A stretch of DNA of 26,850 nucleotides from Octopus sinensis (GCF_006345805.1 NW_021835588.1:1-26850); one strand, 5' to 3'. Shown: positions 1 through 10,761, numbered from the stretch's first letter. The notes: generated by a model not told the origin, from the sequence alone. Translations and numbers: made by a program.

Positions 1-411
1 ACTGCCGTTTATATAGAGAGAGATAACAATAAATAAACGACTGATGCGATTGATTACGATGATGGTGGTGAGGATAATGATGATGATAATGATGATGATG
101 ATGATAATGATGATGATGAGGAGGGGGAGGAGGAGGAGAAGGTTGTCGAGAATGGTGATAATGAAGTTGATGATGAGGATAACGGTGTTCTTAGAGATAA
201 ATTGCTTTCTCAAGGTAGATGTATATATGTATGCATGTATGTATGTGTATATATATATACGTATATGTACATGTGTATGTGTATATCCTTTGTGTTCTGT
301 TTTTAATTTTACTTGATATATTCTCTCTCACCTTTTCCACTATCTGCGTATACAGGTGCTTACACCTATCAAGTATTTACCCTAATTTACAGTACCTAGT
401 TAAATACATAC

Positions 412-455
<44 letters not shown>

Positions 456-664
456 ATATATATATATTATATAATATATATATATATATATACGTACATA
501 CATACATGTATATATATAACATATATACATACTACATACATACATGTATAATATATATATATATATAATATATATATACATATTTATATATACACATACA
601 TACATGTATATATTATACATACATACATACATATATATGATATATATATTTTATAACATACATG

Positions 665-696
<32 letters not shown>

Positions 697-1061
697 TATG
701 TATATATATAATATATATATTATATATATTATTATTATATATATATTATTATATATATATTATAGATATATATATATAATATATTATATATATATATATA
801 TATACGTAGGTATGTTTGTATGTGTGTGCATATGTATATACATATAGAGAAAATATATGCTTACTGTTCTGTTATGTGCTGGATCAAAAAAAAAAAAAAC
901 GTACTCTATCCAGTGAGAGATAAATATCACTTAATAACGACAGCAGTGAAATACGAGCTACAAATAATCTTCTGCTGTGAAAACACAATAATCCGGCAGA
1001 TATATATATATATATAATGATAAATCTCAGAGCGAGTTATAAACAGTAGCGGTAACACATC

Positions 1062-1225
1062 GTGACGCATATTTGCCATTTGAATATGACTCCCCTTCAC
1101 AAATACTGAGAGGACACAGATAGTGTGTCTATAGCTAGCTGGAGGAGATATCTTCCTGGGGCTACAAACTACAGTAGCATCCACCCTTAGGGGTTAGCCA
1201 TAATCAAATGGCAAATATGCGTCAC
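1062..1225. mobile_element. 164-bp MITE with 30-bp terminal inverted repeats
   Basis: 1062-1091 gtgacgcatatttgccatttgaatatgact versus the reverse complement of 1196-1225 gtgacgcatatttgccatttgattatggct (2 mismatches; outer 22 bp perfect). The right flank is (TA)n and there is no coding capacity. Confidence 0.8.
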
Positions 1226-1256
<31 letters not shown>

Positions 1257-1382
1257 TATATATATATAAATTTTTACATAAATTATGAAAGATGGCGGGA
1301 TCAGTGCGGGGAAGGAATCCAGTTACAAATTGACAAGATGACCAAGAGCATTATAATTAGGTTTTTTTGTGAGATTTGAAAA

Positions 1383-1428
1383 CCACCTGATGAATGTCCT
1401 TAGAAGAGACACGAAACAATTGTAGTGG
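1383..1428 (+). ncRNA. Minimal type I hammerhead ribozyme motif (slightly decayed), Penelope-like-element type
   Basis: CCAC-CTGATGA-A-TGTC[CTTAGAAGA]GACA-C-GAAA-CAATTG-TA-GTGG: stem I CCAC/GTGG, intact core, palindromic stem III ACAATTGT, GUA cleavage triplet. The base of stem II is an A/C mismatch instead of G-C. Confidence 0.72.
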
Positions 1429-1825
1429 CGAATTTAATTTTATTTAATTTATACAAATTTTTTATGTATGGATTAAGTCGTTCTTTGTTTGATTTGCATA
1501 ATAGTGGTTTTGTCTCTAATTAATATTATATATATTATATATCTATATATATATATATATATATAATAATATATATATATCATGTGCCTTGTGTTTCTAA
1601 ACAATCCTTCAGGCTCAGTATACGTGTTTTGTTTTATTCGTAAAGCAGGATACTAGTCTATGAGAAATCATGAGAAAAAGTGAGAAGAGGGCTTATGTTA
1701 AGGCAAAAGTCGTCGCTCTCAACAGAAGACAGAACGTAAGGAGCCGAATAAATGCGGCTAGACATTTTTCTTTGTTTGACGCACCAAGGATTCAGCCAGA
1801 TTGCCGCCTTAATAATACTCTTTTA

Positions 1826-2037
1826 CTCTTTTTACTTGTTTCAGTCATTTGACTGCGACCATTGCTGGAGCACCGCCTTTAGTCGAGCAAATCGACCCCG
1901 GGACTTATTCTTTGTAAGCCCAGTACTTATTCTATCGGTCTCTTTTTGCCGAACCGCTAAGTGACGGGGAGGTAAACACACTAGCGTCGGTTGTCAAGCA
2001 ATGCTAGGGGGACAAACACAGACACACAAACATACAC

Positions 2038-2082
<45 letters not shown>

Positions 2083-2250
2083 TATACGACAGGCTTCTTT
2101 CAGTTTCCGTCTACCAAATCCACTCACAAGGCATTAGTCGGCCCGGGGCTATAGCAGAAGACACTTGCCGAAGATGCCACGCAGTGGGACTGGACCCGGA
2201 ACCATGTGGTTGGTTAGCAAGCTACTTACCACACAGCCACTCCTGCGCCT
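1826..2250 (-). mobile_element. Composite SINE: tRNA-head/CORE-like SINE + (TA/CA)n spacer + second conserved module
   Basis: Reverse complement of the arrangement at 6154-6586: SINE part at ~2088-2250, microsatellite at ~2030-2085, second module at ~1826-2030. Confidence 0.78.
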
Positions 2251-2276
2251 ATAATAATAACAATAATAATAATAAT

Positions 2277-2465
2277 CTTTTCTACTCTGGGCACAAGGCC
2301 CTACATTTTGGGGGAGGGAGCTAGTCGATTACATCGACCCAGGTGCTTCACTGGTATTTAATTTATTGATCGCGAAAGGATGAAAGGCACAGTCGACCTC
2401 GGCGGAATTTGAACTCAGAATGTAAAAACGGACGAAATGCTGCTATGCATTTTGCCCGGCGCCTT
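2277..2465 (-). mobile_element. SINE of the gcctttcatcc...gtcgat family (family C)
   Basis: Contains gattacatcgaccc...gaaaggatgaaaggcacagtcgacctcggcggaatttgaactcag, shared with copies at 15.6-16.6 kb, 24.2 kb and 26.3 kb. On the minus strand it has a B-box-like gagttcaaattcc. Confidence 0.8.
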
Positions 2466-2499
2466 AATAATTATAGAAATGATAATAATAATAATAATA

Positions 2500-2825
2500 A
2501 TAGAGAAAATGTGGCATCTCAAGATCGTAGGAGCACTAGGAATGATCAAGAAGGGAACCGAAAATTATATGAGAATGGTCCCTGGCTTACCATCCCTGCA
2601 AGAAGTGCAAAAGATTGTCTTAACTGGTACATCACACGTATTGAGAAGAGCATTGTCGATGTGAGAACTATTACTACCCATGTATTTTAATTTAACTTAA
2701 AAAAAAAAATGAACGAACTAGTGAGTTTAGTTTAATCGCCTACCAATGTATACTATGAGTTTCTTTGCCCTAGGAGTCGGGAAGACACTCGGCAAGAAAT
2801 GGAAGCAAATTTGAAAGAAGAAAAA
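2500..2825 (+). mobile_element. 5'-truncated 3' end of an RLE-type (R2/R4-Dong/NeSL-like) non-LTR retrotransposon, inside an (AAT)n tract
   Basis: 2500-2664 encodes IEKMWHLKIVGALGMIKKGTENYMRMVPGLPSLQEVQKIVLTGTSHVLRRALSM*, matching the (IPV)IVGALG...LQKxVLxGTxxxLRRxL C-terminus of restriction-like-endonuclease ORFs. It is followed by a ~160-bp UTR and an (AAT)n tail; (AAT)n also precedes it. Confidence 0.78.
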
Positions 2826-2913
2826 ATAATAATAATAACAACAACAACAACAATAATGATAATAACAACAACAACAACACCAATAATAATAATAATAGTG
2901 ATGATGATGATGA

Positions 2914-2954
<41 letters not shown>

Positions 2955-4323
2955 CGACGATTTCTTCAATTGATTTGTTGTCAAATAGACTCCAGTACTG
3001 GAACTGTTTTAACAAACAGACGAGGAATTGAAGTAACAGATCAAAAGCTTTTGTAGAACTGCAGAGGTTGCTTTAAGTGGTTCGTCTGCCGGTGACAGTT
3101 AACTCTGATCTTTGCGTGGAAGCATCAGCATAGTTTTTTTTCGTTAGAACATTAATAAAGCTCAATCTGAACAGCCAAATCGTTGAGCAAGACATTAATT
3201 AACAGAACAAAAATTTTGAACAAAACTAATTAATGTCGTACAAGATGTACGAAGTTGTGTAGATGTAAGAATTTATTCTAATTAGCAATCCAATTAATTT
3301 CCTGCTTCAGTATAATGATAAATAAATAAAATTACTTAGAAGAGTCTTGAGTTAAATATGCAGTTTGTTAAAAGTTCAAGACTTCCCATCTAATTCTTCC
3401 AAATTCTATTGATTTTCAGAGAGAATACACGCAAGAATTATGTCATGCTTCTGTCTCGTCAGGAATGGTAAGTTACGTCAGAGTCACTTAATAGAATTCA
3501 GATGTCATCGACGAACCTGCAATTGCTAATTATCTTCTCATTAAAGGTAACATCTTAGCATCTAAGATGCACTCGATAACAACAACAACAACTAACAACA
3601 AAAACATCACTAACGTCTTTAGATTAAATCGGGGACAACTTCCGGTTAATAAGTAAATATGGTAAGAAAAATGATATTAAAGTTTATTTAATGACTTAAT
3701 TTTTTTGCACCTGAATTGAGATGAGAACTATGTCATGTGATTGCTGAAAATATCTGTATAGCAGTAAAGATAGCTTTTGAAGTAGTTACAGCACTAGCAT
3801 CAGTAATAATGGTAAGCACCTGGTTATATAGATTTCAAAGACATGACTAACAGTGTCAGAGTTACTCAGTTTCCACAGCCCAGTGGATGATAACATCAAA
3901 AGAAAATTTGAAATATCATAAGGGGTTGAGTGTAAGGGATCACTCCTGGATATTGAGTGAATATTCAATATTCACTCGGCATAGAGCATAAAGCAAAGTA
4001 AAAGAACTCAAAACCATTTAGGCCGGTGCTTTATCGTTTCTTTTTTAAATATAATTTATTCTTCATGTTATATTCCTCTCCCAATGATTTCTAATTTTAT
4101 AACAAGGGCATCAGTTTTATGGGGATGGTGATAGTCGTACCATCAACCCCGATATGTCACTGGTACTATTTAAATGTGGTTAAGCATTGTTTTCAATACT
4201 CTAACAACTGCTAGCTCGGTCTTTAGATTCCTGATAATAAATTGAACGGTTTTGTGTTTTTACTATCACAAATTTCACAAAACACACAGGAACCATTATA
4301 ATTTAAGTAAATGTAAACAATGT

Positions 4324-4550
4324 GGAGGCGCAATGGCCCAGTGTTTAAGGCAACGGACTCGCGGTCGTAGGATCGCGGTTTCGATTCCCAGACCGGGCGT
4401 TGTGTGTGTTTATTGAGCGAAAACACCTAAAAGATCCACGAGGCTCCGGCAGGGGGTGGTGACCCCTGCTGTACTCTTTCACCACTTTTAAAAATGGCGG
4501 TGCCCCAGCATGGCCACAGCTCGTGAGCTGAAACTAGATAAAAAAAAAGA
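4324..4550 (+). mobile_element. tRNA-derived SINE (family B) 5' half joined to a different 3' tail
   Basis: Head ggaggcgcaatggcccagtg...ggtttcgattccc (A and B boxes) matches the reverse complement of ~19720-19888. After 4486 it switches to ggcggtgccccagcatggccacagc...gctgaaactagataaaa. Confidence 0.8.
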
Positions 4551-4587
4551 AACATCATAAGTCTGAAGTTTTTAAAAAATATTTTAC

Positions 4588-4711
4588 CTCCATCGGGGTA
4601 CTCTCAGCCGACAAAGCAGTAAACCCACAGATATCGCTAAAATAAATTGTCACAGATTGGTAACTTTCTGGTTTGACTGGCAGACCTTTCTTTAACGTTT
4701 CGGCTACGGAC
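4588..4711 (-). CDS. Internal exon (124 bp, phase 2/0) of the same guanylyl cyclase: start of the cyclase catalytic domain
   Basis: Minus strand reads tttctcaaag|G TCC GTA...ATG GAG|gtaaaa and translates to (K)[41 protein letters not shown]. It contains [12 protein letters not shown] with the first metal-binding Asp. AA|G from the two exons completes the Lys codon, giving MLPKSVA. Confidence 0.96.
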
Positions 4712-5365
4712 CTTTGAGAAAAGAAAACAAGAGAGAATTGTATTAGAATGATAAAGAAACTAGAATGATCGTTTTTTTTTTGTTGAATTAGGGCAATTGA
4801 TAGGACGGCTGACGTGTGTACGAATTGGATTAGAAATTTATAAGATAACATGTATAGCCATCTGTGGAACATACCTAATGTGAATCACTGAATCGCTATG
4901 TCAACCAAGCAACTAGACGTTGTGGTACATCGCTGATCACAATGTTCTGCTTCGCGTTGTTGCAACTTTCAAAGGAATTCACTCTTCTGGCTCGGCGGGT
5001 AAGCCTATGACGTACAAACCACGTGATCAAGATATTTATCCTAAACGGGACGCCATGAAATGAAATGGTTTTTTTTTCTACCAAAACGACAACGCACCTA
5101 CAACGTTTGTAGGAGTCGAAATAATGTAATTGTGAGTGAAATGTTTTAACAATTGAGCCAAGCACTCCTACACGCAATGTAAATACATTTCGAGAATAAA
5201 ATCCACTCCAGTAGTTGCCCGGAGATAATATTCTTTACTGTTTCAAACGCACAATGTTTTAAAACGCAATTTATACCAGAATCAGACAACCATCGTCTGA
5301 GCACAGCTGGTGAGAATCCTAGAAGCGTGGTTCAGCTTCTAGGCATCGTCAGTAACATCTTTTTG

Positions 5366-5709
5366 TCTTTTAACAGTTTCAGTCATTAAAATGCGGCCGT
5401 GCTGGAGCACTGCTTTGATCAAGTTTTAGTTGAATATTTCAACCCCAGTAGTTATATATATTTCTTAAAAACCTGGTATTAATTCTATCGTTTTCTTTTT
5501 GTTGCTGAAGAAACTCTAAGTTACGGGGAAGCAAACAAACCAACAGCAGTTTCAAGCAGTGATGGGGGGGTGGGGCAGACACAGACAAAGGAGACAGACA
5601 AACACACGAATGCATACATATATATCTATTTATGTGTATATATATATATATTATATATATATATATATATTATATATATATATATTTATGTATTATATAT
5701 ATATATATA

Positions 5710-5776
<67 letters not shown>

Positions 5777-5982
5777 ATAAACATATATATATATATACGT
5801 ATATATAGATATACACGACGGGCTTCTTTCAGTTTTCTTTACCAAATTCACTCGCTCCTAAGGCTCTGGTCGCCCTGAGCCTATAGTAGAAAATACTTGC
5901 CGAAGGTACCACGCAGTGGTACTGAACCTGGAAGCATGTGTTAGGGAAGCAAGCTTCTCAATACATATCCACGCCTGCGCCT
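5366..5982 (-). mobile_element. Composite SINE (same three-part layout), with a long (TA)n spacer
   Basis: Second module at ~5366-5610, (TA)n at ~5615-5810, SINE at ~5815-5982 ending in the head ccacgcctgcgcct. Confidence 0.75.
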
Positions 5983-6153
5983 ATATAATATATCTCCATC
6001 TTGCTGAGAAATTATTATTAGTGCTGATGATACGGCCTAGTCGGTAATGCAACCACTTGATAAGAAAGAGACACATGGTTCGTGTACTGACAATGGACTT
6101 CTTGTACATTTTAAGAGCAGACTTATCTTATATACATACATATATATATATAG

Positions 6154-6345
6154 AGGCGCAGGAGTGGCTGTGTGGTAAGTAGCTTGCTAACTAACCACAT
6201 GGTTCCTGGTTCAGTCCCACTGCGTGGCATCTTGGGCAAGTGTCTTCTATTATAGCTCCGGGCCGACCAATGAGTGGATTTGGTAGACGGAAACTGAAAG
6301 AAACCTGTCGTATATATGTATATATATAATAATATATATATATAT

Positions 6346-6379
<34 letters not shown>

Positions 6380-6586
6380 GTGCATGTGTGTGTGTTTGTG
6401 TGTATGTGTTTGTCCCCCTAACATTGCTTGACAACCGACGCTGGCGTGTTTACGTCCCCGCCACTTAGCGGTTCGGCAAAAGAGAACGATAGAATAAGTA
6501 CTGGGCTTACAAAGAATAAGTCCCGGGCTCGACTAAAGGCGGTGCTACAGCATGGCCGCAGTCAAATGACTGAAACAAGTAAAAGA
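6154..6586 (+). mobile_element. Composite SINE, plus orientation
   Basis: Head aggcgcaggagtggctgtgtggtaag...ggttcagtccc, then a CORE-like cttgggcaagtgtctt, tail ggtagacggaaactgaaagaaacctgtcg, (TA)n/(TG)n, and the module gtttgtcccc...cagcatggccgcagtcaaatgactgaaacaagtaaaaga. Confidence 0.8.
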
Positions 6587-6620
6587 TATTATATATATAT
6601 ATATATATACATACATATAT

Positions 6621-6767
6621 ACGACGGGCTTCTTTCAGTTTCCGTCTACCAAATTCACTCACAAAGCTATTGTAGAAGACACATGGCGATGGTACCACGC
6701 AGTGGGACTGAACCCGGAACCAAGTCGTTGGCAAGGAAGCTACTTACCATACAGCCACTCCTACGCC
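6621..6767 (-). mobile_element. CORE-like tRNA SINE (family A) copy
   Basis: Reverse complement of 6154-6312 with an internal deletion. Confidence 0.78.
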
Positions 6768-6776
6768 AATATATAT

Positions 6777-6829
<53 letters not shown>

Positions 6830-6830
<1 letters not shown>

Positions 6831-6985
6831 GACTGGTTTATTTTAGTTTCAATCTACGAAATCCACTCACAAAGTTTGGTTCGGCCTGAGGCTATATTAG
6901 AAGAAGACACTTGTCCAAGTTGGCTCTCAGTGGGACTGAACCCGGAACCAAGTAGCTGGAAGCAAGCTTCTTAACCATGTAGCCA
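6830..6985 (-). mobile_element. CORE-like tRNA SINE (family A), diverged copy
   Basis: atccactcacaaag...gaagacacttgtccaag...gggactgaacccggaacc matches family A. Confidence 0.72.
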
Positions 6986-7002
6986 TGCAAGCGTCCAGAA
7001 TT

Positions 7003-7034
<32 letters not shown>

Positions 7035-7609
7035 CAGAAAATAAAACAAAGCAAACTTAATATGTTGTTATTCTGTCTATGGATAGAAATAACATTGTCT
7101 CCTGTAATTAAAATGTTGCTTGCTCATTTGTACTGTTAATAATTATGAGATTTAATTGCAAAACGACAGGGAGACGAAAAAAGGAAAAAAAAAAACGAGA
7201 AAAAACGAAACAGTAAAAAAAAATATGCATAATTCTAAAGAAGTATATTCTTTTTAATGGTTTAAAAAAAGTAGAAAAAATCGAACAGAAAAAAAGTAAG
7301 AAAAAACTACGAAGAAATCACGTGAAATAAAATCAAATAACTTTTGAACTTCGCTGAGTTGACGACTTATTTATATTTAGTGGATATGGAAGAAACCGAT
7401 GTGAAAACAACGATAATAACAACAGCAACAATAAACAAGCGAAAATATATAGGAAAGTTAAGAGTATTTCAGTGGATGACGGGTCTTCCGTCGCATTCGA
7501 TGATGCGCATTCACTTGTTCAAGCAACAGGAAATTAAAAATCTTTGAGTGTGTGTCACAGACACAAACATATATATTTGATTTTTTTCCCATTATCTAAC
7601 TTGCGTGTG

Positions 7610-7965
7610 CTTCAGTCGTTAGACCACGGCCATGCTGGAGTAACAACTTAGAAGATTTCTAGTCAAACGAATCGATCCAAGTACCTGGTGCTTATTCTAC
7701 TACAAGGCTTAGATAGGCCCAAGGCTACAGTAGAAGACACTTACGCAAGGTGCCAAACAGTAGGCCCGAACCTAGAGTTGTGTGGTTGGGAAGCAAACGT
7801 CTTACTATACAACCATGCCTGTGCTCATAAAAGGCGGTAGTGGGGGGGGGGGGGGTCAAACACAGACACACACACACACACACAAACGCACACACTTCAG
7901 GCTTCTTGCAGTTTCCGTCTACCAAATCCGCTCACACGGCTTTAGTTGGGCCGAGGCTGTAGCAG
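7610..7965 (-). mobile_element. Fragments of family A SINEs and of the second composite module
   Basis: ttcagtcgttagaccacggccatgctggag (module), gtagaagacacttacgcaaggtgcc (SINE), and ggcttcttgcagtttccgtctaccaaatcc (SINE tail, cut off at ~7965). Confidence 0.65.
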
Positions 7966-7968
7966 GTA

Positions 7969-8615
7969 TATATTTGGTCATCGCATAAATAATGCGCTTG
8001 TTTTTTTTATACTTCCTTTATTTTACAAAATTAAGATAAACAAAGTTCTTTTTAATCCAAAATAAACCCTCCTTCATTTTCTACAATGCTCCTTCATCTT
8101 TTGGGTAGACTTGCAAGGCCTGTCTTCCATAATTCACTTGTCCGTGACGAAAAATACTCCTCCAGTACTGTTCTGACCTCTTCTATTTTTCCCTTCCAAA
8201 TGATTTTGAAGACTGTAGAATAAAGGATAATCAGATTGGGCAATGTCAGGCGAGTATAGTGTGTGGGACATCGTTTCCCATTCAAACTGCTCCAGCCTTT
8301 GGAATGTCCTCATCGCTGTAAGTGGCCGAACATTATCTTGATGGAAGAACACCTTTTATCTTGCAACCAAAAATAGTAATTTTTTTCCAGCGCTGACTTA
8401 AGCCGCTCAAGGTGCTCGCAATAGATCCCCTTTGTTATCGTTTGGTTTGGGTTTAAAGGTTCAAAATGGACTAAACCTTTCATATCCTACCAAACAGATA
8501 ACAACACTTTACGAGGGTGAAGACCTTCTTTAGCCAGGGGTGTCGGTGTTTCTCCTCTTCCTACCCAATATCTTCGGCACTTGACATATTTATAGAGATT
8601 ATTATAAAATACCAA
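7969..8615 (-). mobile_element. Mariner (Tc1/mariner) transposase relic: 3' two-thirds plus probable right TIR
   Basis: Minus-strand frames give VFYNN..KCRRYWVGRGETPTPLAKEGLHPRKVLLSVW*DMKGLVHFEPLNPNQTITKGIYCEHLERLKSALE, then VFFHQDNVRPL...HTLYSPDIAQSDYPLFYSLQNHL and EEVRTVLEEYFSSRTSELWKTGLASLP. These are the mariner HPKKVMLxVWWD, HDN and YSPDLAPSD motifs, with stops and frameshifts. A TIR-like end lies at ~7969-7998 next to TA. Confidence 0.9.
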
Positions 8616-8652
8616 AGGAAGACAGTAGGCTGTCATAATCGTTGATACACCG

Positions 8653-8827
8653 AACGAAATCCTTAACGACATTTCGTCCGACGTTCTGACTTCTAATTCT
8701 GCCGATATCAACTTTGCGTGTTAGTCTTTAGAGAGCGATAAAATAAGTAACAGTTGAATAAAGGGGCCGAATGTAATCGACATTACAACCCCTTAAATTT
8801 GCTGAACTTGTGCCAAAATATAAAAGG
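8653..8827 (+). mobile_element. Diverged family C SINE
   Basis: catttcgtccgacgttctgacttctaattctgccg...gataaaataagtaacag...gtaatcgac...cttgtgcc...aaagg followed by (ATT)n. Confidence 0.6.
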
Positions 8828-8844
8828 ATTATTATTATTATTAC

Positions 8845-8904
<60 letters not shown>

Positions 8905-8958
8905 TATTATTATTATTGTTGTTGTTGTGTTGTTGTTGTTGTGTTGTTGTTGTTATTG

Positions 8959-9510
8959 AGTGAAGGAGCATTGTATGCCATCAAAGTGATACTGGGGTAC
9001 AAATATACACAGCCCAATATAGCCATCAGGACTACCCATCAGATAAGAGAACACCAGACACAAGCATCACAATCATATGTGCGCGACATGATGATCTCAT
9101 ATTAAGATAAGCAGCGCATGACCTTGCAGATGGAACCAAGTTAGAATTTCCTTCAGGTTGAGTAGCCCATCCCGCTCAAAAGGTCCCTGAATAAGGGTTG
9201 TTTAAGGATGTTGAAAGAACCACCCATGTTTTCAGAGGTGAATCATTCAAACCCCAAAGAATCCCTCTCAACACATGGCTATGATGCTCCCCCACTACTT
9301 CTGCTCGTGATCAGAGATACACATATCGTCAGCTACTAAGGGACATGCTCAACTGGTTAAGGTCAAACAACTGACAAGCAAATCTGTGGTATTGAGTAGA
9401 ATATTTGCTGTAGCCCATCTTTTATACCAAGACAAAACAATGTACATGATAACACTTCGAATCAGTTAAGATCAGAAACCATGAGAACCACTGCCTGATA
9501 CTGCATCAAA
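8959..9510 (-). mobile_element. Non-coding interspersed repeat with an (AAT)n tail, probably the 3' region of a non-LTR retroelement (copy 1)
   Basis: Inverted copy of 10784-11205; 9151-9231 is an exact ~80-nt reverse-complement match. The 3' end abuts (TTA/TTG)n at 8830-8958. Confidence 0.75.
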
Positions 9511-9644
9511 CTATTCATCATCATCATCAGTATTATTATCGTTGTTATTATTGTTGTTGTTGTTGCTGTTATTCTTGTTGTTGTTGTTGTTGTTGTTGTC
9601 GTTCTTCTTCTTCTTCTCTTCTTCTTCTTCTTCTTCTTCTTCTT

Positions 9645-9675
<31 letters not shown>

Positions 9676-10250
9676 ATCTTCTATTTAAATGTGACTTAAT
9701 GCCGCTCAAATCCGGGCACCTCTGTCATACACATTTAGGAGATTTCGAAACTAAGTTTCGGGGACGAACAGCTCATGAAAGTATTCTGTTCTCACCACCA
9801 TTCCGCCGCCTCGCTCTGCCCCGGCGGTCGTACTGCCTTTAATACTCATTTGAATCTCCACCGCCCCGAAAGGGCGGAACGTGGAAGCTGACTCTACCTG
9901 GATTTGAAATGACATCGTAAAGAGTTTGAGGGGGAAATGCCATTACAGTAATTCGCTCTAAAATGAGTCAGCATTGGCTGAACCGTTAAACATTACGAAG
10001 AGGGGGAGAAGGGGAAAGAGAAGGAAGAGGAGGAGGAGGAGGCGTAATGGAAAATGAAACCATAAAATGGTGTAATCCGTTGTTGTGACTGAGAAACGTC
10101 CATCATTTTGGTAGCAGAAGTGGCAATATGTGTCGAGGTACTTGCTCAACCGGAGATTAAAATGTTTGCCTAGGGATATCTTAATTTCTGCTAGAGTCCT
10201 TTCATTGTTTACGACGACGATGATGACGACGACGACGACAACGATGATCT

Positions 10251-10284
<34 letters not shown>

Positions 10285-10666
10285 AGTAGTGGTGGTGGTG
10301 ATGACGACGATGATGATGATGATGATGGCGAATGACAATGAAACGAGTTTGATATTTAAAAAAAAAATAAAAATAAAATTTATAAAAAAAAATCAGAGTA
10401 AAATAATATCACATGTTTGATGGTGATGATGATGGTGATGATGATGAGTGTTATAATAATGGAGATGCAAAAGATGATGATAACGGCGGCGACGGAGACG
10501 ACGACGATGATGATGATAATGGTGATGAAGAACATGATGATGATGATGACGACGACGACGACGTTGATGATGAAGACGATCCGTGTTGTTGTTGTTGTTG
10601 GTGATGGTGGTGGTAGTGGTAGTGGTAGCGGTTATGCAATGATGATGAGGAATCAGAAAGAATAAA

Positions 10667-10715
<49 letters not shown>

Positions 10716-10720
10716 TAATA

Positions 10721-10761
<41 letters not shown>

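Noticed and set aside
40-215. Asp/Glu-rich open frame ending in a donor-like CAAG|GTAGAT on the plus strand
   Set aside because: It is made of GAT/GAG triplet repeats like many others in the window, has no acceptor and lies antisense to the host gene.
44-1017. ORF-track entries with poly-M, poly-I, YI or CV repeats here and throughout (e.g. 14777-15382, 201 aa)
   Set aside because: They are translations of (GAT)n, (TA)n, (TG)n and (TATG)n microsatellites, with no splice context or domain.
3786-3968. 60-aa minus-strand ORF in non-repetitive sequence
   Set aside because: No guanylyl cyclase or other motif, and no convincing splice sites in the required phase.
1-4587. Search for the next cyclase exon (VVxLLNDLYxxFD...) here, and for the preceding kinase-domain exon (CW.E.P..RP.F) in 15585-26850
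   Set aside because: No matching peptide found by eye on the minus strand. The exons presumably lie outside the window, though a short exon could have been missed.
5318-5352. 9-bp hairpin preceded by CTGACGA on the minus strand
   Set aside because: Not followed by GAAA, stem III or stem I complement.
6020-6057. AGTG-CTGATGA-T-ACGG...CGGT...CACT hammerhead-like layout
   Set aside because: No GAAA or UH triplet, and stem II is mismatched.
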